64,000 bases of DNA from Alphaproteobacteria bacterium (GCA_965222215.1 OZ244931.1:2648597-2712596); one strand, 5' to 3'; counted from the stretch's first letter, positions 20,352 to 35,184 are shown. Notes: generated from the letters alone by a model not told the origin. Numbers and translations are program-made.

Positions 20352-20810
20352 TCAGCCGCTCAGGCGGGCCTTCACGATGGCGCTGGCCTTGCCGAAGTCC
20401 ATCTGGCCTGCGTAGTTCTCGCGCAGCGCGCCCATCACGGCGCCCATATCCTTCAGGCCACCGGCGCCCACGTCGGCGATGGTCTTGTCGACCGCCGCTT
20501 CCGTCGCGGCATCGTCGAGCTGTTCCGGCAGGAAGCGCTGGATGATCTCGATTTCCTCGGCTTCCTGTTCCGCGAGCTCCAGCCGGCCGCCCTTCTCGTA
20601 CATGGAGATGGATTCGCGCCGCTGCTTCACCATGGTCTGCAGCATCTGCAGCACCTCATCATCGGGAATGCCGTCGGCGTTGCCCTTGCCCCGCGCCGCG
20701 ATGTCGCGGTCCTTCAGAGCGGCCATGATCAGCCTCAAGGTCGAGACCGCGCGCTCGTCCTTCGCTTTCTGCGCATCCTTCAGGGCTTCGGGAAGCTGTT
20801 CTCGGAGCAT
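20352..20810 (-). CDS. GatB/YqeY domain protein
   Basis: KQRRESISMYEKGGRLELAEQEAEEIEIIQRFLPEQL, DMGAVM; typical position upstream of dnaG. Confidence 0.93.
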   Translation of the reverse strand: MLREQLPEALKDAQKAKDERAVSTLRLIMAALKDRDIAARGKGNADGIPDDEVLQMLQTMVKQRRESISMYEKGGRLELAEQEAEEIEIIQRFLPEQLDDAATEAAVDKTIADVGAGGLKDMGAVMGALRENYAGQMDFGKASAIVKARLSG

Positions 20811-20927
20811 GGTTTCTGGCCTTTTGTCGGAAGCCGGGGACGGTAACGGATTTGACCGAGGAGCGCAATCATATGCGCTGCGTTCTAACTATCTGTTTTT
20901 ATTATATATTTCCATCCCCAGCCTCGC

Positions 20928-20956
20928 TTGACGACTCCCGCCGGGTGCCGTAAACA
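20928..20956 (+). promoter_or_regulatory. putative sigma70 promoter of carAB
   Basis: TTGACG-17-TAAACA preceded by an AT-rich tract. Confidence 0.5.
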
Positions 20957-21077
20957 ACCCGGCAATTTGCGCGCCCCCGAAAGCGCGCACCGGCTTGCGC
21001 AGCGGCCGGATTGCGAAACATCTTTACCCGGCGGCCCGCGCCTTGCGGCGGCCCGCCACCCCGAGGACCGAAGCGAT

Positions 21078-22250
21078 ATGGCCGCTTCCGCGCCACAGGA
21101 CCGGAGCCAGCCCGATTGGGCCACCGGGGCATTGGTCCTGCCCGATGGCGACGTTTTCTGGGGCCGTGGCATCGGCGCGACGGGGGCGTCGGTCGGCGAG
21201 GTCTGCTTCAACACCTCGCTCACCGGCTATCAGGAAATCATGACCGACCCGTCCTACGCGGGTCAGATCATCACCTTCACATTCCCCCATATCGGCAATG
21301 TCGGCGCGAACGCCGAGGACGTGGAGACCACCACGCCGGCCGCGCGCGGCTGTATCCTGCGCGCGGACATCACCGACCCGTCGAACTGGCGCGCCGCCCA
21401 GCATCTCGACACCTGGCTGAAGTCCATGGACATGGTCGGGATCGCGGGCGTCGACACGCGCCGCCTGACCCGCCGCATCCGCGATGCCGGCGCGCCCAAC
21501 GGCGCCATCGTCCACAAGCCCAAGGGGGCCATCAACACGGCCACGATGCGCGCGGCGGCGAGCGACTGGCTCGGGCTCGAAGGCACCGACCTCGCCAAGG
21601 AGGTCTCCTGCACCCAGACCTACGACTGGACGGAGACCCGCTGGAAACTCGGTGAAGGCTACGGCGAACTGAAGAAACCAAAGCGCCATGTGGTCGCGGT
21701 GGATTTCGGCGCCAAGCGCAACATCCTGCGCTGCCTGGCGGACCTCGACTGCAAGGTCACCGTCGTGCCCGCCTCGGCCACGGCCAAGGAAGTGCTCGGC
21801 CACAAGCCCGACGGGGTATTCCTGTCCAACGGCCCGGGCGACCCGGCCGCGACGGGCGAATACGCCGTGCCGATGATCGGTGACGTGCTGGCGTCGGGCA
21901 CGCCGACGTTCGGCATCTGCCTCGGCCACCAGATGCTTGCGCTCGCCGTCGGCGCGAAGACCGAAAAGATGCACCACGGCCACCGCGGCGGGAACCACCC
22001 GGTGAAGGACCTCGCCACCGGCAAGGTGGAGATCACCAGCCAGAACCACGGCTTCGTGGTGATCGAGAAATCCCTGCCCGCCAATGTCGAGATGAGCCAC
22101 GTCTCGCTGTTCGACGGCTCGCTGGAGGGCATCCGCGTCAAGGACGCCCCGGCGTTCTCCGTTCAGTACCACCCGGAAGCCTCGCCCGGCCCCCACGACA
22201 GCCACTACCTGTTCGAGCGGTTTGTCGAGATGATCGACGGCGGGAAATAG
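21078..22250 (+). CDS. carA: carbamoyl-phosphate synthase small subunit
   Basis: GEVCFNTSLTGYQE, LSNGPGDP, FGICLGHQ, SQNHGF, QYHPEASPGPHD; start at ATG 21078. Confidence 0.98.
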   Translation: MAASAPQDRSQPDWATGALVLPDGDVFWGRGIGATGASVGEVCFNTSLTGYQEIMTDPSYAGQIITFTFPHIGNVGANAEDVETTTPAARGCILRADITDPSNWRAAQHLDTWLKSMDMVGIAGVDTRRLTRRIRDAGAPNGAIVHKPKGAINTATMRAAASDWLGLEGTDLAKEVSCTQTYDWTETRWKLGEGYGELKKPKRHVVAVDFGAKRNILRCLADLDCKVTVVPASATAKEVLGHKPDGVFLSNGPGDPAATGEYAVPMIGDVLASGTPTFGICLGHQMLALAVGAKTEKMHHGHRGGNHPVKDLATGKVEITSQNHGFVVIEKSLPANVEMSHVSLFDGSLEGIRVKDAPAFSVQYHPEASPGPHDSHYLFERFVEMIDGGK

Positions 22251-25526
<3,276 letters not shown>

Positions 25527-25663
25527 ACGGCTTAACCCGCCGGACGTTCGTCGAAGGCCGAAATCGGCCGGACACGACCAGCGGCGGGTCTTTTCGTCTG
25601 TCAAAGCCCTTCTATGGCGACCGGCCGCACGGTGCGGACGGCGTGTGAGCGAGTGATCGGATC

Positions 25664-26137
25664 ATGGACAAGCTCCCGATGACGCAGGAGGGCCACAAGG
25701 CCCTGCAGGAAGAACTCCGGAACCTCAAGCAGGTCGAACGCCCGGCGATCGTGAAAGCGATCGCGGCGGCGCGCGAACACGGCGATCTCTCGGAAAACGC
25801 CGAGTATCATGCCGCGCGCGAGCGCCAGAGCTTTATCGAGGGCCGAATCGGTGAACTTGAGGACGCGACCAAGCGCGCCGAGGTCATCGACACATCCAAG
25901 CTGAAGGGCAAGACCGTGCGCTTCGGCGCGACGGTGAAGCTGGCGGACGAGGAAACCGACGAGGAAATCACCTATCAGCTCGTCGGCGAATTCGAGGCCG
26001 ACATCGAGAAGCGCAAGATCTCGATCCAGTCACCGCTCGGCAAGGCCCTGATCGGCCGCGAGGTCGGCGACAGCGTCGAGGTGACCACGCCGAACGGCGT
26101 GCGCTACTTCGAGGTCGTGACCGTCCGCTTCAAGTAG
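25664..26137 (+). CDS. greA: transcription elongation factor GreA
   Basis: [29 protein letters not shown]. Confidence 0.98.
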   Translation: MDKLPMTQEGHKALQEELRNLKQVERPAIVKAIAAAREHGDLSENAEYHAARERQSFIEGRIGELEDATKRAEVIDTSKLKGKTVRFGATVKLADEETDEEITYQLVGEFEADIEKRKISIQSPLGKALIGREVGDSVEVTTPNGVRYFEVVTVRFK

Positions 26138-26192
26138 GGTGGCAACTGCGTCTCATTCAGGGGCCTACGCCGAGCGATATCGCCTGATTGCG

Positions 26193-26259
26193 CCCTCACC
26201 CTGAGCCTGTCGAAGGGCGAGGGCGAAACCCTCATTCTTCGACAAGCTCAGCATGAGGG
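26193..26259. repeat. REP-like palindromic element (CTGAGC-TGTCGAAG / CTTCGACA-GCTCAG type)
   Basis: CCCTCACCCTGAGCCTGTCGAAG...CTTCGACAAGCTCAGCATGAGGG inverted repeat between convergent greA and lrp. Confidence 0.75.
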
Positions 26260-26311
26260 TATTTCCGAAACAGCGCACAGCGCTGGTATGAAGCACTGCG
26301 TGCTCCGAGTC

Positions 26312-26839
26312 CTACCCCTCCGGCTCGTCGACCGGAACGCTGGACTCGTATTTCGAACTCCGGATCACCTGGAACGTCTGGACCGTCGACACATGCGGCG
26401 CGGCCGTCAGGCGCGCAGTAAGTTCGTTCTCATGGGCGGTGTTGCGCGCCACGATGCGCAGCATGAAATCGCCGCCGCCACGAACCATGTCGCACCGGCG
26501 CACCTCCGGCCAGTTCCGCATCTGGCGCTCGAACTCCGTCAGCACCGCCTCGGACTGGCTGTCGAGGCCGACGAGTGCGTGAAACGCGACCTCGTAGCCC
26601 AGAAGCTCGGCGTCGAGCTCGGCGTTGTAGCCCTTGATATAGCCGGCCGCTTCCAGCGCGCGCACGCGGCGCAGGCACGGCGGCGCGGATATGCCGGCGC
26701 GGCGGGCCAGTTCCACATTGGTGATGCGGCCTTCGTCGCGCAGGTTGCTCAGGATGCGGCGGTCGATCGCATCCAGCTTCACTTTTCGCTTCTCGGTGGG
26801 CTTGTCGTCGACGCCGTGCCCGGAATCTGTGTCCGCCAT
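26312..26839 (-). CDS. Lrp/AsnC family transcriptional regulator
   Basis: LDAIDRRILSNLRDEGRITNVELARRAGISAPPCLRRVRALE. Confidence 0.95.
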   Translation of the reverse strand: MADTDSGHGVDDKPTEKRKVKLDAIDRRILSNLRDEGRITNVELARRAGISAPPCLRRVRALEAAGYIKGYNAELDAELLGYEVAFHALVGLDSQSEAVLTEFERQMRNWPEVRRCDMVRGGGDFMLRIVARNTAHENELTARLTAAPHVSTVQTFQVIRSSKYESSVPVDEPEG

Positions 26840-26954
26840 CTCTCGGGTATTCTCCAGGTCGGCCGGCGTCGCGGCGCGGAGCCGAACCCCGTGGGAATCG
26901 CAGGGGTCCGTGCCTATAGTTGCGTTCCTTGCTGTGGGTCGGATGCTAGCAGGT

Positions 26955-26969
26955 TGTAATTATATTTCA
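26955..26969. promoter_or_regulatory. AT-rich palindrome, candidate Lrp-family operator
   Basis: TGTAAT-TAT-ATTTCA in the divergent lrp/ELM1 intergenic region. Confidence 0.4.
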
Positions 26970-27023
26970 ATTGCATCGGAGCCCGTTCGGCTCATCCCTT
27001 GGTCTTAGATTGGCCGTGACGAC

Positions 27024-27998
27024 GTGACCGATTTCCCATTACAGAGCGAACTGACGTGCTGGATTCTGACGGACGGCAAGGTCGGCATGGTCAACCAGTG
27101 CCGCGGCCTTGCGGAGATCGTGGGCGTTGAGCCGGTTTCCAAGGTGATCGGCCAGCGCGCGCCGTGGCGATGGCTGCCGGCGGCGCTGACACCGGCGTCC
27201 CTGAGTGTCCTGAAACGAAAATCGGACCCGATCGCGCCGCCCTGGCCTGACCTCCTCATCGCCAGCGGCCGCAAGTCCGTCGCCCCGGCACGCGCCATCC
27301 GGCGAGCGAGCGGCGGAAAGACATTCTGCGTCCAGATCCAGGACCCGGGCGTTTCGCTTCTGGCGTTCGATCTCGTCGTCGCGCCGGAGCATGACGGCCT
27401 GGAGGGCGACAACGTGATTTCAACTGCCGGGTCGATGCACGGCGTCAACGCGGCCGTGCTGGCGGACGCGCGGGCGCGGTTCGCCAGCTATTTGGCGGAC
27501 CTGCCCCGCCCGCTGCTTTCCGTGCTGCTGGGGGGCGACAATGCCGTCTACCGGATGACCGAGGCATTCAGCCGGAAACTCGCCGATGACCTGGGCCGGA
27601 TTGCGCGAGAGGGCAACTGGGGCGTCGCCGTCACGCCGTCGCGCCGCACGCCCGAACACGCGCGGCGCGCAATCGCCGACGCACTCGACGGCACGCCCGC
27701 GCGCATCTGGGACGAAACCGGAGAAAACCCCTATCCAGGCCTGCTCGCCCATGCCGACGCGATTGTCGTCACCTGCGATTCCGTGAACATGGTCACCGAG
27801 GCCGCGGCTACCGGAAAACCCGTGCATGTCGCACACCTCGAGGGCGGTTCGGACAAGTTCCGGCGGTTCCATGCCGGGATGGAGGCGCGCGGAATCACGC
27901 GATCGTTCACGGGGCAGCTCGAGAGCTGGGACTACGCCCCGCTCGACGAAACGAAAGCCGTCGCCGAAGAGGTTCGCCGGCGCATTGCAATTGGCTGA
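27024..27998 (+). CDS. ELM1 (mitochondrial fission ELM1 / COG3660) family protein
   Basis: WILTDGKVGMVNQCRGLA, PWPDLLIASGR, QIQDP, APEHD, SRRTP, NPYPGLL, VTCDSVNMVTEAAATGKPV. Confidence 0.9.
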   Translation: MTDFPLQSELTCWILTDGKVGMVNQCRGLAEIVGVEPVSKVIGQRAPWRWLPAALTPASLSVLKRKSDPIAPPWPDLLIASGRKSVAPARAIRRASGGKTFCVQIQDPGVSLLAFDLVVAPEHDGLEGDNVISTAGSMHGVNAAVLADARARFASYLADLPRPLLSVLLGGDNAVYRMTEAFSRKLADDLGRIAREGNWGVAVTPSRRTPEHARRAIADALDGTPARIWDETGENPYPGLLAHADAIVVTCDSVNMVTEAAATGKPVHVAHLEGGSDKFRRFHAGMEARGITRSFTGQLESWDYAPLDETKAVAEEVRRRIAIG

Positions 27999-28019
27999 GT
28001 CGCGGCCTATTCAATCGGC

Positions 28020-28637
28020 ATGGCAGTCATCGACATTCAGGCCATCGATGCCGCGCCGGTAGGGCGCGATCCGTTCGATCACGTGCTCGTTTCCGGGGTC
28101 GTGACGAAGGCGGCGCTCGATGCCGCGAACGAGGACTTCCCGGTCATCGACAAGCCCGGCAGTTTCCCGACCGGGCAACTGGACTATGGACCGGGGTTCG
28201 CCGCACTTCTGGAAGCGCTCGAGGGACCGGAGTTCGCCCGCGCGCTCGGCAACAAGCTGGATATCGAACTGGTCGGCAAACCGACGATGGTGACCGTGCG
28301 CGGGCGCGCCCGGCCGACCGACGGGAAAATCCACATCGATTCGTCGGGCAAGCTCGTCACGGTGCTGCTCTATATGAACCCGTCATGGGAAGAGCCGGGC
28401 GGCCAGTTGCGCCTGCTGCGCACCCCCGACAACCTGGACGACTACGCCGTCGAGGTGCCGCCCGACGAAGGCACGCTGCTGGCATTCCCCTGTATCGAAA
28501 ACGCCTGGCACGGCCACCAGCCGTTTGAGGGCGAACGGCGCACCATCCAGCTCAACTGGGTGACAAGCCGGGCGTACAAGACGCGTGAGCAGGTGCGCCA
28601 CTCGATCTCCGCTTTCTTCAAGAAGCTCAAAAGCTAG
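28020..28637 (+). CDS. 2OG-Fe(II) oxygenase
   Basis: HxD (IHIDS), VLLYMN, GGQL, AWHGH, RRTIQLNW. Confidence 0.88.
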   Translation: MAVIDIQAIDAAPVGRDPFDHVLVSGVVTKAALDAANEDFPVIDKPGSFPTGQLDYGPGFAALLEALEGPEFARALGNKLDIELVGKPTMVTVRGRARPTDGKIHIDSSGKLVTVLLYMNPSWEEPGGQLRLLRTPDNLDDYAVEVPPDEGTLLAFPCIENAWHGHQPFEGERRTIQLNWVTSRAYKTREQVRHSISAFFKKLKS

Positions 28638-28650
28638 GCAGGCGCGACCG

Positions 28651-30627
28651 ATGGCGCTCGATATCGCGACATTCTCCAACATCAAGGGCGGTTTCCCGTT
28701 CTTCAAGGCCGCCGGTCATCCCGCGGTCGCACCGCATGCCCGCGCAATGCTGGACCGGCTGGCGATGCTGGACACGGTGGCCATTTATGATCCCTCCGGC
28801 TTCGCGACGGCATTTTCCGCGATCTATCCGCTCGATCGCCTGACGATCGGCCATGTGTTCGTCCAGGACCTCTCGGCGCTCGGGCAGACGGTGCTCGGCA
28901 AGGCGGCCCAGCCCGTCACCGACCTCGTCTCGGCCCAGGCCGACGCGCTGCTGGTCGTCGCGTTCGACGCCGAAAAGACCGTGCGCGACATCGCCCACCT
29001 CGTGCCCGACGGCACGAAGATCGTCACCCTGGACGAACTCCGGCTCCCGGAAGACCGGCTGACCAACAAGACGCGCTATCTCGACCCGCTCAATTTCGCC
29101 ACGAACTTCGCCTTCTTTCGCGATGTGCCCGACGGGCGCGGGGGGCGGCTGCATACCCGCATTGCCACCGCGAACTACTGGCACCGCTACGGCGCGTCGA
29201 ACGTCTCGCTCTGGCTGTCGCTGATCGACGAGACCGGCGAGACCGTCGGCCAGTGGGACCTGGCGCTGCCGGATTCGCCCGGCGGCATCACTATCGACAG
29301 CGCGGATGTCTGCGCGCGCTTCGGGCTGGACGAGATCACCGGCCAGCTCTTTGTCCACGCCATCGGCGTGAAGGGCCACGACATCGTCAAATATGCGCTC
29401 GACACCTATGGCGACGATGCCCGAGATCTTTCCTGCACCCATGATGCAAACGCCTGGCCGGCGGATTTCTATGGCGGCCTGCCCGCGCCGAAGGACGGTG
29501 AGCGGGTGGTGCTGTGGATCCAGAACAGCCACCCCTGCCCAATCCCGGCGGGCGCCGTCGGCCTGAACCTGATGGGGCGCGATGAGGCGGCCTGGCTCGA
29601 CCGTGAGATTCCACCCTTCGGCACCTTCCCGCTCGACGCTGCCGACCTGCTGCCCGACGCCGCCTGGCCGCAGCAGATCGAGGTCAACGCCGGCAAGCAT
29701 TTCGTCCGCCCGCGCTACGAGATCGAATCCCGGACGAACGGCCAAGTCGAGCGCCGCCGGACCGCGCATGTGAACGTGGAACGCGTCGACCTGGAGCCGA
29801 ACCCCAAGATCGCGGAGATCGGCAACCTGATGGGCAAGGGCTTCCTGCTGCCCGCGCCGGTGCTGCCGCGCGCGGGGTTCCGGTCCATCGCGCTGCCGAC
29901 CCCCATGGCCACGACCCAGGAAACGCTGCCGGTCGAGGCACGGATCTATGACAAGGCCGGCCGGGAAATCGCCCGCCATGGCTTCGGCGAGCTGCGGCGC
30001 AGCGACAGCGTGGCGCTGGATATCGACGATGTCCTCGATGGCGCCGGCTTCCTGGACGACGAACCTGGGCACATGGAACTGCTCTACGACTTCGGCGTGG
30101 CGACGCGCGGCGTCGACGGCTGGCTGCACGCGCTGTTCCGCTATGAGGCGCGCGGCTCCGGCCACGCGGCGGAAACCAGCTTCGGCGCGCATATCTTCAA
30201 CACCGCGCTGACCTGGGAGGGTGAACCCCAGTCCTACTCGGGCGCGCCGCCCGGCCTGTCGACCCGCCTGTTCCTGCGCACCGACCCCGCCATGGCCGTC
30301 AGCGAGAGCGACCATGACACCTTCTGCCACCTGATCTATGCGGCATCGACGACCTGGCACGACACCTCGGATACCCAGCTCATGCTGCACGACGGCTCGG
30401 GCAATATCGTCGCGGAGACGACCGTCAACATCGCGTGTGGCGGATCGTTCCATTTCCGGCTGAGCGAACTGTTCGACGCCGACGCGCGCGCCGACGCCGC
30501 GCGGGCCGGTGCGGCCGGGTCGGGCTACGTGCTGATCCGCGACACGACCTGCCGCCTGTTCGGCTACCACGGCGTAATCGCGCGCGACGGCAGCGCCTTT
30601 TCCCTCGATCACATGTTCGGCTTCTAG
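28651..30627 (+). CDS. hypothetical protein (658 aa), His-rich motifs, no recognisable family
   Basis: Long ORF with genome-like codon usage, 13 nt after the oxygenase stop; starts MALDIATFSN, ends FSLDHMFGF. Confidence 0.8.
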   Translation: MALDIATFSNIKGGFPFFKAAGHPAVAPHARAMLDRLAMLDTVAIYDPSGFATAFSAIYPLDRLTIGHVFVQDLSALGQTVLGKAAQPVTDLVSAQADALLVVAFDAEKTVRDIAHLVPDGTKIVTLDELRLPEDRLTNKTRYLDPLNFATNFAFFRDVPDGRGGRLHTRIATANYWHRYGASNVSLWLSLIDETGETVGQWDLALPDSPGGITIDSADVCARFGLDEITGQLFVHAIGVKGHDIVKYALDTYGDDARDLSCTHDANAWPADFYGGLPAPKDGERVVLWIQNSHPCPIPAGAVGLNLMGRDEAAWLDREIPPFGTFPLDAADLLPDAAWPQQIEVNAGKHFVRPRYEIESRTNGQVERRRTAHVNVERVDLEPNPKIAEIGNLMGKGFLLPAPVLPRAGFRSIALPTPMATTQETLPVEARIYDKAGREIARHGFGELRRSDSVALDIDDVLDGAGFLDDEPGHMELLYDFGVATRGVDGWLHALFRYEARGSGHAAETSFGAHIFNTALTWEGEPQSYSGAPPGLSTRLFLRTDPAMAVSESDHDTFCHLIYAASTTWHDTSDTQLMLHDGSGNIVAETTVNIACGGSFHFRLSELFDADARADAARAGAAGSGYVLIRDTTCRLFGYHGVIARDGSAFSLDHMFGF

Positions 30628-30721
30628 CGAGAGCCGGATACCGCACGTCATGCTTTCAGTTTCCCGACCACAACGACGGTGCTAGCTTCTGCCCCGGGAA
30701 CAGTATTTGGGGGGAAATACA

Positions 30722-31561
30722 ATGACGCGAGCGTTGATCGCGCCGGCTCTCGCCGGTGCCGCTCTGTTTATGTTGCACGGTACGGCCACGGCAGAAACGC
30801 TGTTGGAGCGCGGTACCTATCTCATGGAATCGATCGTCGCGTGCGGCAATTGCCATACCCCCAAGGGACCGACCGGCGACATTCCTGGCATGGAGCTGGC
30901 GGGCATGGCGCCGATGGAGAAGACGCCCGGCTTCGACGCCAACGCGCCCAACATTACACCCGACAGGGAAACCGGCATCGGGAACTGGACGGACGAACAG
31001 CTTATCAGGTCGATCCGCGAAGGCGTGCGGCCGGATGGTTCGATCATTGGTCCGCCAATGCCGATCGGGCTTTACCGCGGCATGTCCGATCGTGACGTGC
31101 GGGCGATCGTCGCCTACATGCGCCAGGTGCCGCCGGTGAAAAACGAGATTCCGCCGTCGGTCTATCGCATGCCACTCCCGCCATCCTATGGCCCGCCGGT
31201 CAAAAACGTTGAAGCCCCCTCGCCCGACGACAAGGTCGCCTACGGTGCCTATCTCGCGGGCCCGCTCGGCCATTGCACCGAGTGCCACTCGCTCACCGAG
31301 AAGGGCCCCGATTTCGAGAATAATCTCGGCGGCGGCGGCTACGAGTTCCACGGCCCGTGGGGCGTCAGCGTCGCGCCGAATATCACCCCGACGGGGATCG
31401 GCGACCGCACCGACGCGGAACTCAAGAAGATGATCGCTCAGGGCATCCGCCCCGACGGCGGCAAGATGCTGCCGCCGATGGCGTATCCGTACTACGCCAA
31501 AATCACAGAGCAGGATCTGGACGCGATCGTGACCTACCTACGCACGTTGCCGCCGCTCTAG
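30722..31561 (+). CDS. periplasmic diheme cytochrome c
   Basis: Signal peptide; two repeated domains with CGNCH and CTECH, each followed by APNITP and a Met-Pro/Met-Ala ligand region. Confidence 0.9.
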   Translation: MTRALIAPALAGAALFMLHGTATAETLLERGTYLMESIVACGNCHTPKGPTGDIPGMELAGMAPMEKTPGFDANAPNITPDRETGIGNWTDEQLIRSIREGVRPDGSIIGPPMPIGLYRGMSDRDVRAIVAYMRQVPPVKNEIPPSVYRMPLPPSYGPPVKNVEAPSPDDKVAYGAYLAGPLGHCTECHSLTEKGPDFENNLGGGGYEFHGPWGVSVAPNITPTGIGDRTDAELKKMIAQGIRPDGGKMLPPMAYPYYAKITEQDLDAIVTYLRTLPPL

Positions 31562-31575
31562 TCGAGAACGAGGCC

Positions 31576-32319
31576 ATGGCGGAACGCGAATTCGACGTCA
31601 CAACGCCTGACGGCGCCATGCCGTGCTTCGCCGCGTGGCCAGAGCCCGACGAAGACGGGCCGGGCCCGCACCCGGTGATCGTCATGTACATGGACGCCCC
31701 GGGCATCCGCGAGGAACTGCGCGACTTCGCGCGGCGGATTGCCGGGCAGGGTTACTACGCCGTGCTGCCGGACCTCTACTACCGGCTGGGTTTCCTGCGC
31801 TTCAACCTGCCGAAGCGCACCGAGAAGATGACGGAGATGATCTTCGCGGCCTGGCACAGCCTGACCAATGCGGGCGTCGCATCGGACACCGCCGCGCTGA
31901 TGGACGCGCTCGCTGATGAGGACGCGGCGTCCGACGGGCCCATGGGCTGCGTCGGCTACTGCATGTCCGGCGCGTTCGTGACCACGGTCGCCGGCACCTT
32001 CCCGGACCGTTTTGCCGCCAACGTCTCGCTCTACGGGGTCTATATCGTCACTGACGAGGACGACTCCCCGCATCTCCTCGCGCCGAAGATCGAGGGCGAG
32101 ATGTACTACGCCTTCGCAGAGCACGACCGCTGGGTGCCCATGGAACTGATCGACACGTTGCGCAAGACGCTGGACGATCACGGCGTCACCCACGAGACCG
32201 AGGTCTTCCCGACGACGGAGCACGGCTTCGCCTTCCCCCAGCGCGACGTCTACCACGAGCCCTCGGCGGAGATCGTCTGGGGGAAGATGTTCAAGCTCTA
32301 CGCGCGGGTGTTGGGGTAG
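31576..32319 (+). CDS. dienelactone hydrolase family protein
   Basis: YMDAPGIR, GYCMSG nucleophile Cys, EHD, HGFAFP. Confidence 0.92.
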   Translation: MAEREFDVTTPDGAMPCFAAWPEPDEDGPGPHPVIVMYMDAPGIREELRDFARRIAGQGYYAVLPDLYYRLGFLRFNLPKRTEKMTEMIFAAWHSLTNAGVASDTAALMDALADEDAASDGPMGCVGYCMSGAFVTTVAGTFPDRFAANVSLYGVYIVTDEDDSPHLLAPKIEGEMYYAFAEHDRWVPMELIDTLRKTLDDHGVTHETEVFPTTEHGFAFPQRDVYHEPSAEIVWGKMFKLYARVLG

Positions 32320-32326
32320 TTGCCCT

Positions 32327-32764
32327 TCAATTCAACGGCGGTTTAGGCAGTAATATCAGAGCGATAATCCCCGCGACCGTGCCAAGGACGATAAACGCGA
32401 CAAGCGCATAGAAAAACCAACCGCGATTGCCATAGAAAACTGCCAGGCTCTCTCTGAACGACTGCCGGTAAGGGCTCAGCGGCAAACCCTTGGCGAGCGG
32501 CTTGTGCATGAGAAATATGAAAAAGAGGCCGAACGGAAAAACCGCAAGCAACGCCCAGAAACCTGCAACTGCGTAGGCCGCGAAACTAACAACCACAGCG
32601 GCCAAATTCGACCAGGTGTTGATCTTCCGCCATCGACGGCGAAGGGTGTCTTCCACTATCGCATCCTCGATGACATAGCCCGATCCGACCCATCCGAACG
32701 GATAGAAGTGAACGCGCCCGTCAGGCCGGGACACGAAGGCCGCCTTTTCCATTGTCGAAGGCAT
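32327..32764 (-). CDS. small hypothetical membrane protein (about 3 TM), AT-richer than flanks
   Basis: ORF fills the gap between convergent and divergent genes; hydrophobic segments; start uncertain (32764 or 32752). Confidence 0.6.
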   Translation of the reverse strand: MPSTMEKAAFVSRPDGRVHFYPFGWVGSGYVIEDAIVEDTLRRRWRKINTWSNLAAVVVSFAAYAVAGFWALLAVFPFGLFFIFLMHKPLAKGLPLSPYRQSFRESLAVFYGNRGWFFYALVAFIVLGTVAGIIALILLPKPPLN

Positions 32765-32893
32765 CGAGCAGTCCTGATCACGAATGCAGAGCACGACTCT
32801 ACCTCAAACATCCTCCTTGCGCTTGCACTCCCCGGCCCGGCTTGGGACACTCCCGGCAACAGGAATCACGTCTATTTCCGGGGAGAAATCATC

Positions 32894-34003
<1,110 letters not shown>

Positions 34004-34018
34004 ACTGGCCGGCCTCAC

Positions 34019-35086
34019 ATGACCGATGACCAGACGCGCGAGCACCTGATCGGGCGATTGCCGAGGCTTCTGGGCTCCGGCGTCGACTACAACGACGCCA
34101 TGCAGGTCATCGCCAGCATGCATGAGGTTGCCGACTGGTCGCGCGGATGGGAAGCGGCCGGCGCGCGCCACGAGGCACGCGGCGACGCGGCGCTGGCGGC
34201 CGGCAACAATGTCACGGCGGGCGAAGCCTTCTTTCGGGCGGCCATTTCGTTCCACACCGGCCAGTCGGGCAATGTCGAGAACCCGGACGAGAAATTCCGC
34301 GTCCAGACCCTGCAGCGCGAAGCCTACCTGAAGGCCATGCCGCACCTGCGCCCGCCCACCGAGCGGATCGAGATTCCGTTCGACGGCATCGCATTCCCGG
34401 GCAACCTGCGACTGCCCGACGGCAACGGCCCTCACCCTTGTGTCCTGCTCAACGCAGGCGCCGATTCCACCAAGGAGGAGTTCTTTACGCTGGAGAACGA
34501 ATTCCTGAAGCGCGGCATGGCGACCTGCGCCTATGACGGCCCCGGCCAAGGCATGACATGGCGGGATAGGAAGCTGCGCGGCGATTTCGAAGCACCCGTC
34601 GGGGCCGTTCTCGATGTGCTCGCGGATCGACCGGAGATCGATGCCGACCGGTTTGGCATCTGGGGACGAAGCATGGGCGGCTACGCCGCGCCCCGGGTTG
34701 CGGCCCACGACCGGCGCATCAAGGCGGCGATCGCGCTGGGCGGCTATTTCGACCTGCAGGGCTTCTGGGATACCTCGTCGGATGTGCTTCTCGATATTCT
34801 TCAGTTCGCGTTCGGGGCGGAGAACCGTTCGGACGCACGCGAGAAAGCCGGAAACTTCTCGCTCGCGAGCATTGCGCAGAACATCGAATGCCCGCTCCTG
34901 GTCGTACACAGCGACGGCGACGAGATCTGTCCGCTCGCGGAGGCAGAACGCATGGCGCGTGAGACCCCCAACGCCGAACTCGTCGTGTTCGAGGGCGGCA
35001 ATCACTGTTGCGATAACATGCCGGCGGTCGTGCGCCCGCTGATGGCGGACTGGATGGCCGGCAGGCTCCGCGCCGCGCCCGGCTGA
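34019..35086 (+). CDS. alpha/beta hydrolase (FrsA / 2,6-dihydroxypseudooxynicotine hydrolase-like)
   Basis: GADSTKEE, DGPGQG, GRSMGG, D(EICP), GGNHCC. Confidence 0.85.
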   Translation: MTDDQTREHLIGRLPRLLGSGVDYNDAMQVIASMHEVADWSRGWEAAGARHEARGDAALAAGNNVTAGEAFFRAAISFHTGQSGNVENPDEKFRVQTLQREAYLKAMPHLRPPTERIEIPFDGIAFPGNLRLPDGNGPHPCVLLNAGADSTKEEFFTLENEFLKRGMATCAYDGPGQGMTWRDRKLRGDFEAPVGAVLDVLADRPEIDADRFGIWGRSMGGYAAPRVAAHDRRIKAAIALGGYFDLQGFWDTSSDVLLDILQFAFGAENRSDAREKAGNFSLASIAQNIECPLLVVHSDGDEICPLAEAERMARETPNAELVVFEGGNHCCDNMPAVVRPLMADWMAGRLRAAPG

Positions 35087-35184
35087 CCCGGACGGACACC
35101 CGCCCGCTTGCCTCACCGTCCCGTCCCGACTATCTAGTTTCCACCACAGAATACTTCCAGACGACCGCCGAAGGACCCGCTGAC

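Noticed and set aside
20862-20911. AGCGCA-N6-TGCGCT palindrome and IHF-like AT tract upstream of carA
   Set aside because: Short and degenerate; cannot be assigned to a regulator from sequence alone.
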